From positions 372,001 through 436,000 of IMG/VR virus record IMGVR_UViG_3300049215_000771: 64,000 bases of DNA. One strand, written 5' to 3'. Shown here one piece after another: positions 46,234 through 55,027 of the stretch. Made by a program: the position numbers and the translations under genes. Each line of letters begins with the position of its first letter. The stretch's first letter is position 1. The notes below the pieces were generated by a model. It had not been told where the DNA came from, did no database searches, and was given only the letters and a program-made list of their open reading frames with translations.

Positions 46234-47415
46234 ATGGCTGATGAAACTTTCCGCCCACGACGCCCAATGGGTCAAGCCACCCCGAAGCCGGGTGACGAAG
46301 ACCAGGTTGAAGGTCAGGGACCGGGAGTGGCAGCTTTCGCCAAGATCGACGCAATGCGTCAGGCTGCCGCACAAGATGAAAGAGAAGAAAGAGAAGAAGG
46401 ACAGCCTGAGCGTGAACGTCAGGTAAGCCCGGCTGAATTGCCTTTCAAAGTTGAAGGCAAAGTGCCGCAGGGTTTCTTGGACGCCATGAAGTCTGGCGGT
46501 CGTAGTGTGCCTGGTGCTGAACCAAAACGTGGTTTTGGTCAGATGGGCCAGGGGCAGCAAGGCAAGAAGCCGGCCAAGAAGAAAGACCAGCAAAGCGCCA
46601 TCCTGTCCGCAAGCAGTGGACAGTTGAAGGAATTGCTTGAGGGCTTGAAGGGTTCGACCACTTTGTATGAAGAAATCGAACTTCCTTCCAAGGGTCGTTT
46701 CTACGATGGCACTAACGGGCCGACCAACGGCGTCGTTGCGATTCGTCCAATGACGGGTGAGGAAGAACAAATCTTGGCAACCCCAAGGTTCGTCCGTAAA
46801 GGCCAGGCCATCAACATGATCTTCTCCAAGTGCATGAAAGATGACCTTCGCCCGGAAAACCTGTTGACAGTTGACCGCACTTACCTGTTGATTTACCTCC
46901 GTGGTATTTCCTACAGCCCACAGTACGATGTTGAAGTCAAGTGCCCGGAATGCGAGAAGAAGTTCGCCACGACCATTGACTTGAACACCTTGTACGTCGA
47001 ACCGTGTCCTGAAGATTTCGGGCCGGACCTGACCGACGTGCTGCCTACTTCAAAATACAAGTTCACCTATCGCCTCTCGACAGGTAAAGATGAGCAGGAA
47101 ATCCAGGACTACCGTGATCGTCGTATCAAGCACTTCGGCGATGCCGCCGCTGACGATACCCTGACGCACCGCACGGCACAGTTGCTTGTTGACATTGAGG
47201 GATTGACCGACAAGCGTGAACTTCAGATGCTCATCAAAAGCCTGCCAATCAACGACGTGGCTTACATTCGTAACTGCGTGAATGAACCGCCGTTCGGCGT
47301 GGATACCGACGTGGAGATTATTTGTCCTTCTTGCTTGCATGAGTTCCAGGTGGACCTGCCATTGGAGGCCAATTTTTTCTTCCCTCGGAAGAAGAAGGAG
47401 AGCAGGCAAGCCTAA
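46234..47415 (+). CDS. baseplate hub assembly / tail chaperone, T4 gp26-like
   Basis: IELPSKGRFY, RPMTGEEEQIL, DRTYLL..LR.ISY, CPEC, CPSC, NFFFP. Confidence 0.85.
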   Translation: MADETFRPRRPMGQATPKPGDEDQVEGQGPGVAAFAKIDAMRQAAAQDEREEREEGQPERERQVSPAELPFKVEGKVPQGFLDAMKSGGRSVPGAEPKRGFGQMGQGQQGKKPAKKKDQQSAILSASSGQLKELLEGLKGSTTLYEEIELPSKGRFYDGTNGPTNGVVAIRPMTGEEEQILATPRFVRKGQAINMIFSKCMKDDLRPENLLTVDRTYLLIYLRGISYSPQYDVEVKCPECEKKFATTIDLNTLYVEPCPEDFGPDLTDVLPTSKYKFTYRLSTGKDEQEIQDYRDRRIKHFGDAAADDTLTHRTAQLLVDIEGLTDKRELQMLIKSLPINDVAYIRNCVNEPPFGVDTDVEIICPSCLHEFQVDLPLEANFFFPRKKKESRQA

Positions 47416-47417
47416 CG

Positions 47418-47609
47418 ATGTGGAAGCAGCTTGCAGAAGAAATCTTCTTCTTCCAGTATCACATGCACTTGCCTATGGCTGCGTCGATGACACTTCCGAT
47501 CAACCTGAGAAAATGGATGATCGAACGCTACATCGAGCAGAAAGAAAAAGAACACGAGGCTATGGAGGCCCAGCGTCGGAAAGCAAGTGCCGGCGTCAAG
47601 AAGCGTTGA
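47418..47609 (+). CDS. gp51-like small tail/baseplate chaperone, probably also made as a -1 frameshift fusion
   Basis: EEIFFFQYH..MTLPINLRKWMIER; in the -1 frame of the upstream slippery site. Confidence 0.75.
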   Translation: MWKQLAEEIFFFQYHMHLPMAASMTLPINLRKWMIERYIEQKEKEHEAMEAQRRKASAGVKKR

Positions 47610-47626
47610 TCGCAGCGTGAGGAAAC

Positions 47627-48352
47627 TTGATGAGTACGAAAGAAAGATACCAAAACCCAACCTGCGGGGATACGGTGAATTTGAGGTTGTTCGTGTACAA
47701 CGCCAACAACCTTTCAAATGTAGAATCCGTAGTCCAGGTTCAGATTTTTCAAGTAAACGACAAAGAACGCAGGTTGATTGAAACCATCGACGGCAGCCAG
47801 GTAGAACTCCTGGACACAGGCTCCTACATGCTGCCGTTGACGTTGACTGCGCCGCAATACACAATTGGAAATTACCATGATGTATGGACGCTCCAGTTTG
47901 TGCAAGATACAACATGCGGCCAGGGAGCAGTCGAGAATCACTTCCAGGTTTATCCGAACTTGTGGTTTACGACGCCGATCCCACCTGTCTACGATTTCAA
48001 TTTTACTTTCCGCCCCAACAAGGTGGTGAAAGGCAGTAAGCGGTATCTCATCATCAACATAATCCCGAATGTCCCACGAGGGGCCGACATCATACCATAC
48101 TACGAAAACCTCGCCATAGTATCTGACTTGAGGGTATCTATCAGTCTTAACTGCGGGGAGTGTGTCCCCAAAGAAAAAGACCTACGCCTTGTGGTAGATC
48201 GGCAACTCGTGGACTATCGGGAAAAAGGAACAGCTTACTTCTTCCTGGATACGGAGGACTTGGACCCTGGCATATACGATGTTTGGTTTGAGTTGTGCTA
48301 CGGTGAGAACGTATTTGTATCCGAGAAGAATCAACTTCAAATATACGAGTGA
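47627..48352 (+). CDS. putative virion structural protein (Ig-like domains)
   Basis: Beta-rich; GNYHDVW, LDTEDLDPGIYDVW. Confidence 0.7.
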   Translation: MMSTKERYQNPTCGDTVNLRLFVYNANNLSNVESVVQVQIFQVNDKERRLIETIDGSQVELLDTGSYMLPLTLTAPQYTIGNYHDVWTLQFVQDTTCGQGAVENHFQVYPNLWFTTPIPPVYDFNFTFRPNKVVKGSKRYLIINIIPNVPRGADIIPYYENLAIVSDLRVSISLNCGECVPKEKDLRLVVDRQLVDYREKGTAYFFLDTEDLDPGIYDVWFELCYGENVFVSEKNQLQIYE

Positions 48353-48775
48353 GTGAATATGGATCAGCAAGAACAGACCCAGGTGCCAGTCCCGCACGCA
48401 GATGCGTTTCAAGTAGTGTCGGAAAACTGTGGCAGCTTAACCGGACAAGTTAAACGCTGCTATCTCAACTTCTGTCACAACATTTTGGAACTGGACATCG
48501 CCGAAACGAAAGATTTCGCCATCCTCAATTGGGTTGTGGGATTGGCGAAAGAAGAAGTGTCGAAAGATATAGTCACAGTCATGTCGCTAGACACCAAGGG
48601 CAAAATCCTTTGTATGCTTCGCTTCACCGACCTGACCTTGCTCGATCATGAGTCCACCTTCAATGTTGCCGCCCGCACCGAAATCGGCGGCGACCCAATG
48701 TCACTGATGCACATGGTTCATCTGAAGTTCGAGGCCGTCGAGCGGGTCGCAGAACCACCAAACATTGGAGGATAA
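48353..48775 (+). CDS. divergent tail-tube-like protein
   Basis: VMSLDTKGKIL..LRF..L pattern like the tube C-terminal half. Confidence 0.5.
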   Translation: MNMDQQEQTQVPVPHADAFQVVSENCGSLTGQVKRCYLNFCHNILELDIAETKDFAILNWVVGLAKEEVSKDIVTVMSLDTKGKILCMLRFTDLTLLDHESTFNVAARTEIGGDPMSLMHMVHLKFEAVERVAEPPNIGG

Positions 48776-49224
48776 TGGACAGCAAACCAGTCCCGATGGG
48801 CCTTGGCCCAATTGGATCAGAACGAGTATTCCCACGCACCTTCCGATTCCTTTTCATATCCAAGAAGAACCCTGATATGCACTACTTCACCAATAAGGTG
48901 GGTATTGATTACTTCAATAAGGGTATCGAAATCAGCGTATATGAGCGAGTAACGCTCCAGACACATGACTGGATCATGGATATGATCCAGGACGGCTACG
49001 CCGATGACTTCACACTCACAGCCTTGGATGGCTGCGGTGAAAAACTCTATATTCTTGAGTTTCAGGGTGTCAAGATAGCCGGACATCGGGTAGACTACGA
49101 CTACGCCAACAGCGATGTTGTCCAGCACAAACTCACGCTGGGCTACCAGAACATGGTCAAGAAATTCACTGTGCCACAAGAACGCTGTGCATGGGAAATC
49201 GCCGCCGACCTTCCGAAGAAATAA
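48775..49224 (+). CDS. divergent tail tube paralogue
   Basis: MGLG..VFPRTFRFLF, LDGCG, DYDYANSDVV..LTLGY align with 39910 and 40595 products. Confidence 0.75.
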   Translation: MDSKPVPMGLGPIGSERVFPRTFRFLFISKKNPDMHYFTNKVGIDYFNKGIEISVYERVTLQTHDWIMDMIQDGYADDFTLTALDGCGEKLYILEFQGVKIAGHRVDYDYANSDVVQHKLTLGYQNMVKKFTVPQERCAWEIAADLPKK

Positions 49225-49227
49225 AAA

Positions 49228-49259
49228 ACAGGGGGCATAACTTTCATTATGCCCCCTGT
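49228..49259. terminator. hairpin between convergent genes
   Basis: ACAGGGGGCATAA-loop-TTATGCCCCCTGT. Confidence 0.75.
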
Positions 49260-49267
49260 CATTTCCA

Positions 49268-50050
49268 TCAGTCCACTTCCATCTGCTTGAAGGATTCAAC
49301 CAGCTTATCGAGACGCTTCTCAGCATCCCATAGCGCCTGGAACAGCTTGTTCTTGATGTCCTCTACTTCCTTCCTCATTTTTTCCTTGGTCGTGACGTAT
49401 TTCAGACCGGCCAACTTGCAATACTTCAACATCTCCTCGTCGTACTGGTCTTCCTTGCCCTCAGTAATCATTTGCATGTATGTCGGCATTCCCGAAGATT
49501 GCAATTCGCCCTTCTCGGCTTTGTTAGCCCATTCCCGACGAACAGTGCCTTCGGCACATTCCTTGTATTGTTCCAAGATCGGACGGGTTGGTTCGGCAGG
49601 TGGCGGTGGTAACTTACCATCGAACAGATCGGGGTCGTTAGCCTTTGTAGCCTCAGTCCACGAGTCCATTCGTTTCTTTTTTAGCTTCTTTCGCTTCGGC
49701 GGGGACTCAACGAGTCGATCTACCAGATTGGACTCCTGCTTGAGCGACTTGGCGCTCTCAAGTCCTGTAAGGATACGGAGTTCCCTCATCATGTCTCGCT
49801 CGGCATCGCCAAGTTCAACAGCCCCTTCTTCATCTGATTTCTTCTCAAAATTGACCCGCCGCACACGAGCAGCAGCCAAATCAGCGAATGCCTGGGGCGA
49901 GTCTTCACGCCTCAAATCCGGCATTTCAGCCGTTTCCTCGTACCCTTCCCGCAATAGCGGTTCGGGTTCCGGTTCTGCCCACGCAGGCAGGGTGGTGTGG
50001 GAACACTGGCCTAAGTAAAAGCAGTCGTCCCACGGTTTCTTGTCATCCAT
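49268..50050 (-). CDS. charged hypothetical late protein
   Basis: AAGGAG RBS; CTAAATA at 50105-50111. Confidence 0.75.
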   Translation of the reverse strand: MDDKKPWDDCFYLGQCSHTTLPAWAEPEPEPLLREGYEETAEMPDLRREDSPQAFADLAAARVRRVNFEKKSDEEGAVELGDAERDMMRELRILTGLESAKSLKQESNLVDRLVESPPKRKKLKKKRMDSWTEATKANDPDLFDGKLPPPPAEPTRPILEQYKECAEGTVRREWANKAEKGELQSSGMPTYMQMITEGKEDQYDEEMLKYCKLAGLKYVTTKEKMRKEVEDIKNKLFQALWDAEKRLDKLVESFKQMEVD

Positions 50051-50366
50051 TTGTTTCTCCTTTGTGCCTTTCTAAGAGAGTAACCCGGTTTTCACCGTAT
50101 CCCCTATTTAGTGAGCCGGGAAGATTTTTTCACCAGAAATACTGCGTCCGAGCGGACGTGTTCTGCGTTACCCAAGTCGTTGCCACGGCTGCGGTTAAGT
50201 CCCGCAAGATGGCTGGGATTCCGCACTAACTTTTTGGTGTACAAAATGCCAGATCAGGAAAGAAATCTGGAATTTTTCATGTTTTGGGCTTTTACAGTCA
50301 GACTTTTTAGCGTATCCTCGGATTGTGCGTCGAGTTTTCATCCCGTGTCTACGGAGGGAGTCTCCG

Positions 50367-51641
50367 ATGTCGAGCAAACGCCGCAAGCGCCGTGAAGCCG
50401 AGCGTCAAGCCCAGGCCAACAACCTTCGGGGAGGGCTGGGTGATAGTCCCGCTTCCATGTTGAAGGACGGCCAGATGGGTCAGACGAAGAGCTTCGCCGA
50501 CCGCATCTTGAGTCGAGGTCTGGCCTTGCACGGGCGAAACGAAGGGCCGGTGCCCACGTTGCCCGCTCCCCCGCCCCAGCCGGCGAAGCTGCCCCCGGCA
50601 GGCAAGATCGAGATGCCGGCCCCCAAGTTGCCCCCGGCCCCGCCGCTGACGCCCCCGGCAGTGGTCCAGCCGTCGAAGGCCGAAGTCGATCTGGTTCAGC
50701 AAAACCACGATCAGAAGGCGCTCATCTGGAAGATGGCGCAGGACAACCAGGACTACTACCTCCTGATGCAGATGGAGGACAACAAGTCCCCCGGTGGTCC
50801 GAAGCCCTGGTTCATGTTCCCCCGCTACCCCTACCAGTACAGCGAGTTCGTCATGGTCACGCCGGACATGGCGAGGATCATGCTCGCTTTCCTTTGGTCG
50901 AAGGAGGAAGGCAACCGGAACAAGAAGCCGGGCCTCGTCGATTCGTACAAGCGGGACATCATGAACGACTGTTGGGTGCCGAGCGATGAAGCCATCGGCA
51001 TCAACCTGTCGTTCGAGGTCTACAACGGCCAGCACCGGCTGTGGGCCATCATCGAGTCCGGCAAGCCGATGCCGATGTACGTCACCTGGAACGTGCTGGA
51101 TGCCGCCAAGTTCTTCGTCGAGTCCGGGGCCAAGCGCACGCTGGCCGAGCGGTTGAAGATGGTCGTGGAGCCGAAGCTGGGCAACCGCACCAGCGGCTTC
51201 TGCAAGGCCATCATGAGGGGTTTGACGCCCAGGGTGAAGTACACGGACGCCGAGATCGCCGCCTTCGCCGACAAGTGGGACCATTTGTTGGAATGGGTCG
51301 CCGAACACCTGCCCATCGGTCGAGCCGAAGTCCAGGCGGCAATCGGCAAGGCGTACTTGTGGTACGGCCCGGAGAAGGTCGAGCCGTTCTGCTACCGCCT
51401 CCGGGAGATCAAGTTCCCCGACGACGGCGATCCCGCCAAGGCGCTTTTCCGGGCGCTGGACGCCGCCAAGAAGAACCGCATCAACGTGGCGCTGATGGCG
51501 TACAAGAAAACGCTACAGGCGATGCACGCCCTCCACGACGAGCGGGAGATCAACAAGCTGCACGAGTCGAACGAAGACATCTTCCAGTGGGAGCCGGGGT
51601 GGGAACTCCCCAAGACCGCCCCCACCCTCCAGAAGAAGTAA
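50367..51641 (+). CDS. ParB-like nuclease/CTPase-domain protein with Pro-rich N-terminus
   Basis: VTPDMA, NR.K...V..YKRDI...W, NGQHRL.AI; GGAGG RBS. Confidence 0.75.
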   Translation: MSSKRRKRREAERQAQANNLRGGLGDSPASMLKDGQMGQTKSFADRILSRGLALHGRNEGPVPTLPAPPPQPAKLPPAGKIEMPAPKLPPAPPLTPPAVVQPSKAEVDLVQQNHDQKALIWKMAQDNQDYYLLMQMEDNKSPGGPKPWFMFPRYPYQYSEFVMVTPDMARIMLAFLWSKEEGNRNKKPGLVDSYKRDIMNDCWVPSDEAIGINLSFEVYNGQHRLWAIIESGKPMPMYVTWNVLDAAKFFVESGAKRTLAERLKMVVEPKLGNRTSGFCKAIMRGLTPRVKYTDAEIAAFADKWDHLLEWVAEHLPIGRAEVQAAIGKAYLWYGPEKVEPFCYRLREIKFPDDGDPAKALFRALDAAKKNRINVALMAYKKTLQAMHALHDEREINKLHESNEDIFQWEPGWELPKTAPTLQKK

Positions 51642-51657
51642 CGTCGGCCCAGCTTCG

Positions 51658-51696
51658 CAACCCGCCCACCGTATTCTTTGCGGTGGGCGGGTTTTT
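51658..51696 (+). terminator. intrinsic terminator
   Basis: AACCCGCCCACCG...CGGTGGGCGGGTTTTT. Confidence 0.8.
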
Positions 51697-51721
51697 GTGT
51701 TTATCTCGCCGAGTTTTCGCA

Positions 51722-51750
51722 TTTACAACCACGATATAATGGGGTAGGAT
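51722..51750 (+). promoter_or_regulatory. early-type promoter, copy 2
   Basis: TTTACA-N17-TAGGAT. Confidence 0.7.
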
Positions 51751-51859
51751 ATTCAAGTCACGACCGAGCCGAAAAAAGTTGCGAAAGTTGCGAACCTTCG
51801 GCGAACAACACGGTCTACTTTACAGGACGACAACCAAGGCGACGAAAGGGGTCAATATC

Positions 51860-53464
51860 GTGAGCAGCAGCAACATTAGGGAAGAGAAGCTGGACTTCTG
51901 GATCAAGAACAACCTGAATGTCCTCTTCATCGGCAAGCACGGCGTCGGCAAGACCAGCATGGTCAAAGACGCCTACGAGCGGAACGAACTCCGCTGGCTG
52001 TATTTTTCCGCTGCCACGATGGACCCGTGGGTAGACTTCATCGGCGTCCCGAAGGAAAACCAGAACAAGATGGCTGAAAGTTTCGAGGTCGTCAAACAAT
52101 TGGCGACCTGGGACCGGAAGCTGGCCATCCAGTGGATCGTCTCCAACTGGAAGATGGAAGAAGAAGCTGCCGACCGCATCCTCAACTACATGGACAAGAT
52201 GGGCGAGAAGGTCGCCTTCCTCGATCTTGTTCGCCCCAAGATGTTCGCCGAAGACGACGTGGAAGCGTTGTTCTTCGACGAATTCAACCGTGCCCCGAAG
52301 AAGGTAAGAAATGCCGTGATGGAATTGTTGCAATTCAAATCCATCAACGGCAAGAAGTTCAAGAACCTGAAGATGGTGTGGGCAGCCATCAACCCCGACG
52401 ACGACGAAGACGCCGAGTACGACGTTGAGAAGCTGGACCCGGCCCAGGCCGACCGCTTCCATATCACCATCGAGATTCCCTACGCCCCGAACGGCGAATG
52501 GTTCCGCCAGGAATTCGGCGAGCAGACCGCCAAGATCGCCATCGCCTGGTGGCAGGAACTCCCGGAAGAAGAGAAGAAGAAGGTTTCTCCTCGCCGCCTG
52601 GAGTACGCCCTCATGGTCCGTCGCATGAAGGGTGACATGAGGGACGTGTTGCCGATCACGTCGAACGTCAGCAAGCTGACGACGGCGCTGAACACCGGGC
52701 ACACTCCCGACAAGCTGGAAGCCTTGATGAAGGCGAACGACGTGACCGGCGCTCGGCAGTTCATGTCGAACGAGAACAACTACGCTTCGGCGATGAAGTA
52801 CATCCCCGGTTCCGACACCATGATGTCCTTCTTCCTGCCGTTGCTGCCGAAGGAAAAGCTGGGCAGCTTGATGGCCGACCAGGACGCCTGCTGCAAGCAT
52901 ATCATCAACAGCAGCGACCGGGTGCCGCTGTTCCAAGCGGTCTGCAAAGAAATCCTGGCGGCGAACACTAACCAGCGCTTGGTGAAGAAGATTCGCCGGG
53001 CCTTGACCGACAACCAGGACTTGGCGAATTCCTTCACGACCGGCGTGCAGGACGGCGGGTCGCACGCCCCCACTGCCGCCTTCTTCGTGAAGAAACCTTC
53101 CGAGAAATACGGCAAGGTCGTCGCCGATCTCAAGATGGCCCCGCAAGGTACGGCACAGCAGAAGTTCGCCGTGTTCGAGCGGATCGAGAAGCAAATCCCG
53201 GAGCAGATGACCGCTGACGAAGCGCTCGCCACCCTGGAATTGCTGTCGGCTTCCACCAAGGACGCCTTCCCCTCGACGTTGACCAGCCAGCCCATGAAGA
53301 ACCTGATGGGCATCGTCAACCACTGCATCGGGGAAATCCACCGCAACACCGGCCTGGATTGGACCGGCATCCTGAATCGGTTCGGAACCAAGTTCAAAGA
53401 CTTGCTCTCGAACCTCAAGAAGTCCGGTCTGACCGCCACGATGTTGGCTCCGGGAGCCAAGTAA
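51860..53464 (+). CDS. MoxR-like AAA+ ATPase
   Basis: GKHGVGKT, LFFDEFNRA, WAAINP, LDPAQADRF, SPRRL. Confidence 0.92.
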   Translation: MSSSNIREEKLDFWIKNNLNVLFIGKHGVGKTSMVKDAYERNELRWLYFSAATMDPWVDFIGVPKENQNKMAESFEVVKQLATWDRKLAIQWIVSNWKMEEEAADRILNYMDKMGEKVAFLDLVRPKMFAEDDVEALFFDEFNRAPKKVRNAVMELLQFKSINGKKFKNLKMVWAAINPDDDEDAEYDVEKLDPAQADRFHITIEIPYAPNGEWFRQEFGEQTAKIAIAWWQELPEEEKKKVSPRRLEYALMVRRMKGDMRDVLPITSNVSKLTTALNTGHTPDKLEALMKANDVTGARQFMSNENNYASAMKYIPGSDTMMSFFLPLLPKEKLGSLMADQDACCKHIINSSDRVPLFQAVCKEILAANTNQRLVKKIRRALTDNQDLANSFTTGVQDGGSHAPTAAFFVKKPSEKYGKVVADLKMAPQGTAQQKFAVFERIEKQIPEQMTADEALATLELLSASTKDAFPSTLTSQPMKNLMGIVNHCIGEIHRNTGLDWTGILNRFGTKFKDLLSNLKKSGLTATMLAPGAK

Positions 53465-53472
53465 CATCAACC

Positions 53473-53502
53473 CAGGGCGGCGGCAACCCCGCCGCCCTGT
53501 TT
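53473..53502 (+). terminator. hairpin/terminator
   Basis: CAGGGCGGCGG-CAACC-CCGCCGCCCTG-TTT. Confidence 0.65.
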
Positions 53503-53504
53503 GC

Positions 53505-53533
53505 TTTACAACCACGAGCAATCGTGGTACTAT
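53505..53533 (+). promoter_or_regulatory. early-type promoter, copy 3
   Basis: TTTACA-N17-TACTAT with CCACGA-GCAA-TCGTGG palindrome. Confidence 0.72.
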
Positions 53534-53557
53534 CCCCTTTAAGGAAACACCACCACT

Positions 53558-55021
53558 ATGGATAATGAGAACATGACTGAAGGCGACAAAACCGCTGTGC
53601 CGGACGAATTCAAGGACGGCGAGTTGATGGCGAAGGATACCACCGCCGTCGCCGAAAAACCAGCGCCCTACGACCGCAGCAAGCGCATGAGGATCAGCCG
53701 GGACGAATGGTTCGAGATCAGCGCCGGTCTGGAAGAACACCACGCCGTTTTCTACAAGGTGTGGCAGATGGGTCGCCCCCACTTCACTGAAGACGTGGAG
53801 ACGGCGGCGGTTCAGTTCGACGAAACCGGCGATTTCGTCTGGTTCCACTTCAACCCGAAATTCTGGAAGTCCCTCGACTTCTACAACAAGCTGTTCGTAA
53901 TTTCCCACGAGGCGTTGCACGTCATTCTCAATCACGGCGTCCGTATTTCGGATGCCGCCAGGGTGAACCGTGGAGCCTGCAACGCCGCCCTCGACGTGGT
54001 GGTGAACCACTCGCTGCTCCGCAACTTCGGTTTCGAGCGCAACAAGATCATCAACCAGGAGAAGTTGTGCTGGACCGATACTGTCTATAAGGGTCGGAAG
54101 CCGCTTCCACCCGATGACGAAATGTACGAGTTCTACTACAACCTGTTCGAGAAGGTGTACGGACACGGCGGACAGGGTGATGGGGGCGACGGTGACGGCG
54201 ATAACCAGATGGGTTCCAACCCTGGTGGAACGGTTGACGACCACTCCATGATGAGCGGCGAAAAGTCCGGCGATTGGGGCAAGGTCATCGACAAGCTGCA
54301 AGAAGGCTTGTCCGACGAGGAGAAGGAATCTCTCAAGAAACTGGTGCAGAAGCACTTCCAACAGGACAAGAACAAGAAGCAGTCCACCAACCAACAGGCC
54401 GGCACAGGCACGGGCGGTCAGTGGGTCTTCGCCAACATCGCCAAGGTGAAGAAAAAGAAGAAGTGGGAAACCGTCATCAAGAAGTGGAGCAAGAAGTACC
54501 TCAAGGAATCCGACAAGGAAATCGAACAGTGGGCACGCCTCAATCGGCGCATGGCGATGCTGCCGAAAGATATGTTCCTGCCGTCCGACATGGAAGTTGA
54601 AGAAGAAGCTGACGAGAAGACCAGGATCAAGGTCTACTTCTATCTCGACACTTCTGGTTCGTGCTGGGGGCTGAAGGATCGCTTCTTCGCCGCCGCCATG
54701 AGCCTGCCGACCGAACGGTTCGACATTCGCCTGTTTTGTTTCGACACCACAGTTGTCGAAACCACGCTCGCCAGCCAGAAGATTTACGGTGGCGGCGGCA
54801 CGTCATTCTCGATTCTGGAAGCCCATATCCAGAAGGAAATTCAACAGGGCGTCAATGGCAACACCAAGTACCCGGAAGCGGTGTTTGTCATCACGGATGG
54901 CTACGGCGACCGTGTTTCCCCGGAAAAACCGGAGAAATGGTACTGGTTCCTCACCGCTGGCGGTTCGAGAAGCTACATCCACAAGGATTGTAACTTCTTC
55001 AACCTCGACGACTATGAGTAA
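53558..55021 (+). CDS. HExxH metallopeptidase-like + VWA domain protein (DUF2201 type)
   Basis: HEALH, NAALDVVVN, MIDAS DTSGS, GGGGTSF, ITDGY. Confidence 0.92.
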   Translation: MDNENMTEGDKTAVPDEFKDGELMAKDTTAVAEKPAPYDRSKRMRISRDEWFEISAGLEEHHAVFYKVWQMGRPHFTEDVETAAVQFDETGDFVWFHFNPKFWKSLDFYNKLFVISHEALHVILNHGVRISDAARVNRGACNAALDVVVNHSLLRNFGFERNKIINQEKLCWTDTVYKGRKPLPPDDEMYEFYYNLFEKVYGHGGQGDGGDGDGDNQMGSNPGGTVDDHSMMSGEKSGDWGKVIDKLQEGLSDEEKESLKKLVQKHFQQDKNKKQSTNQQAGTGTGGQWVFANIAKVKKKKKWETVIKKWSKKYLKESDKEIEQWARLNRRMAMLPKDMFLPSDMEVEEEADEKTRIKVYFYLDTSGSCWGLKDRFFAAAMSLPTERFDIRLFCFDTTVVETTLASQKIYGGGGTSFSILEAHIQKEIQQGVNGNTKYPEAVFVITDGYGDRVSPEKPEKWYWFLTAGGSRSYIHKDCNFFNLDDYE

Positions 55022-55027
55022 CAGTTC

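Noticed and set aside
51771-51806. AAAGTTGCGAAAGTTGCGAACC as a self-target of guide U2
   Set aside because: Only partial similarity to TAAAAGTTCGAAAGGTTC, needing an insertion and mismatches; likely chance
51815-54394. 859-aa minus-strand ORF (likewise 17840..19513, 19165..20868, 25380..26636, 31164..32306, 38929..39894)
   Set aside because: Antisense shadows of well-supported plus-strand genes with strong codon bias; no motifs or RBS
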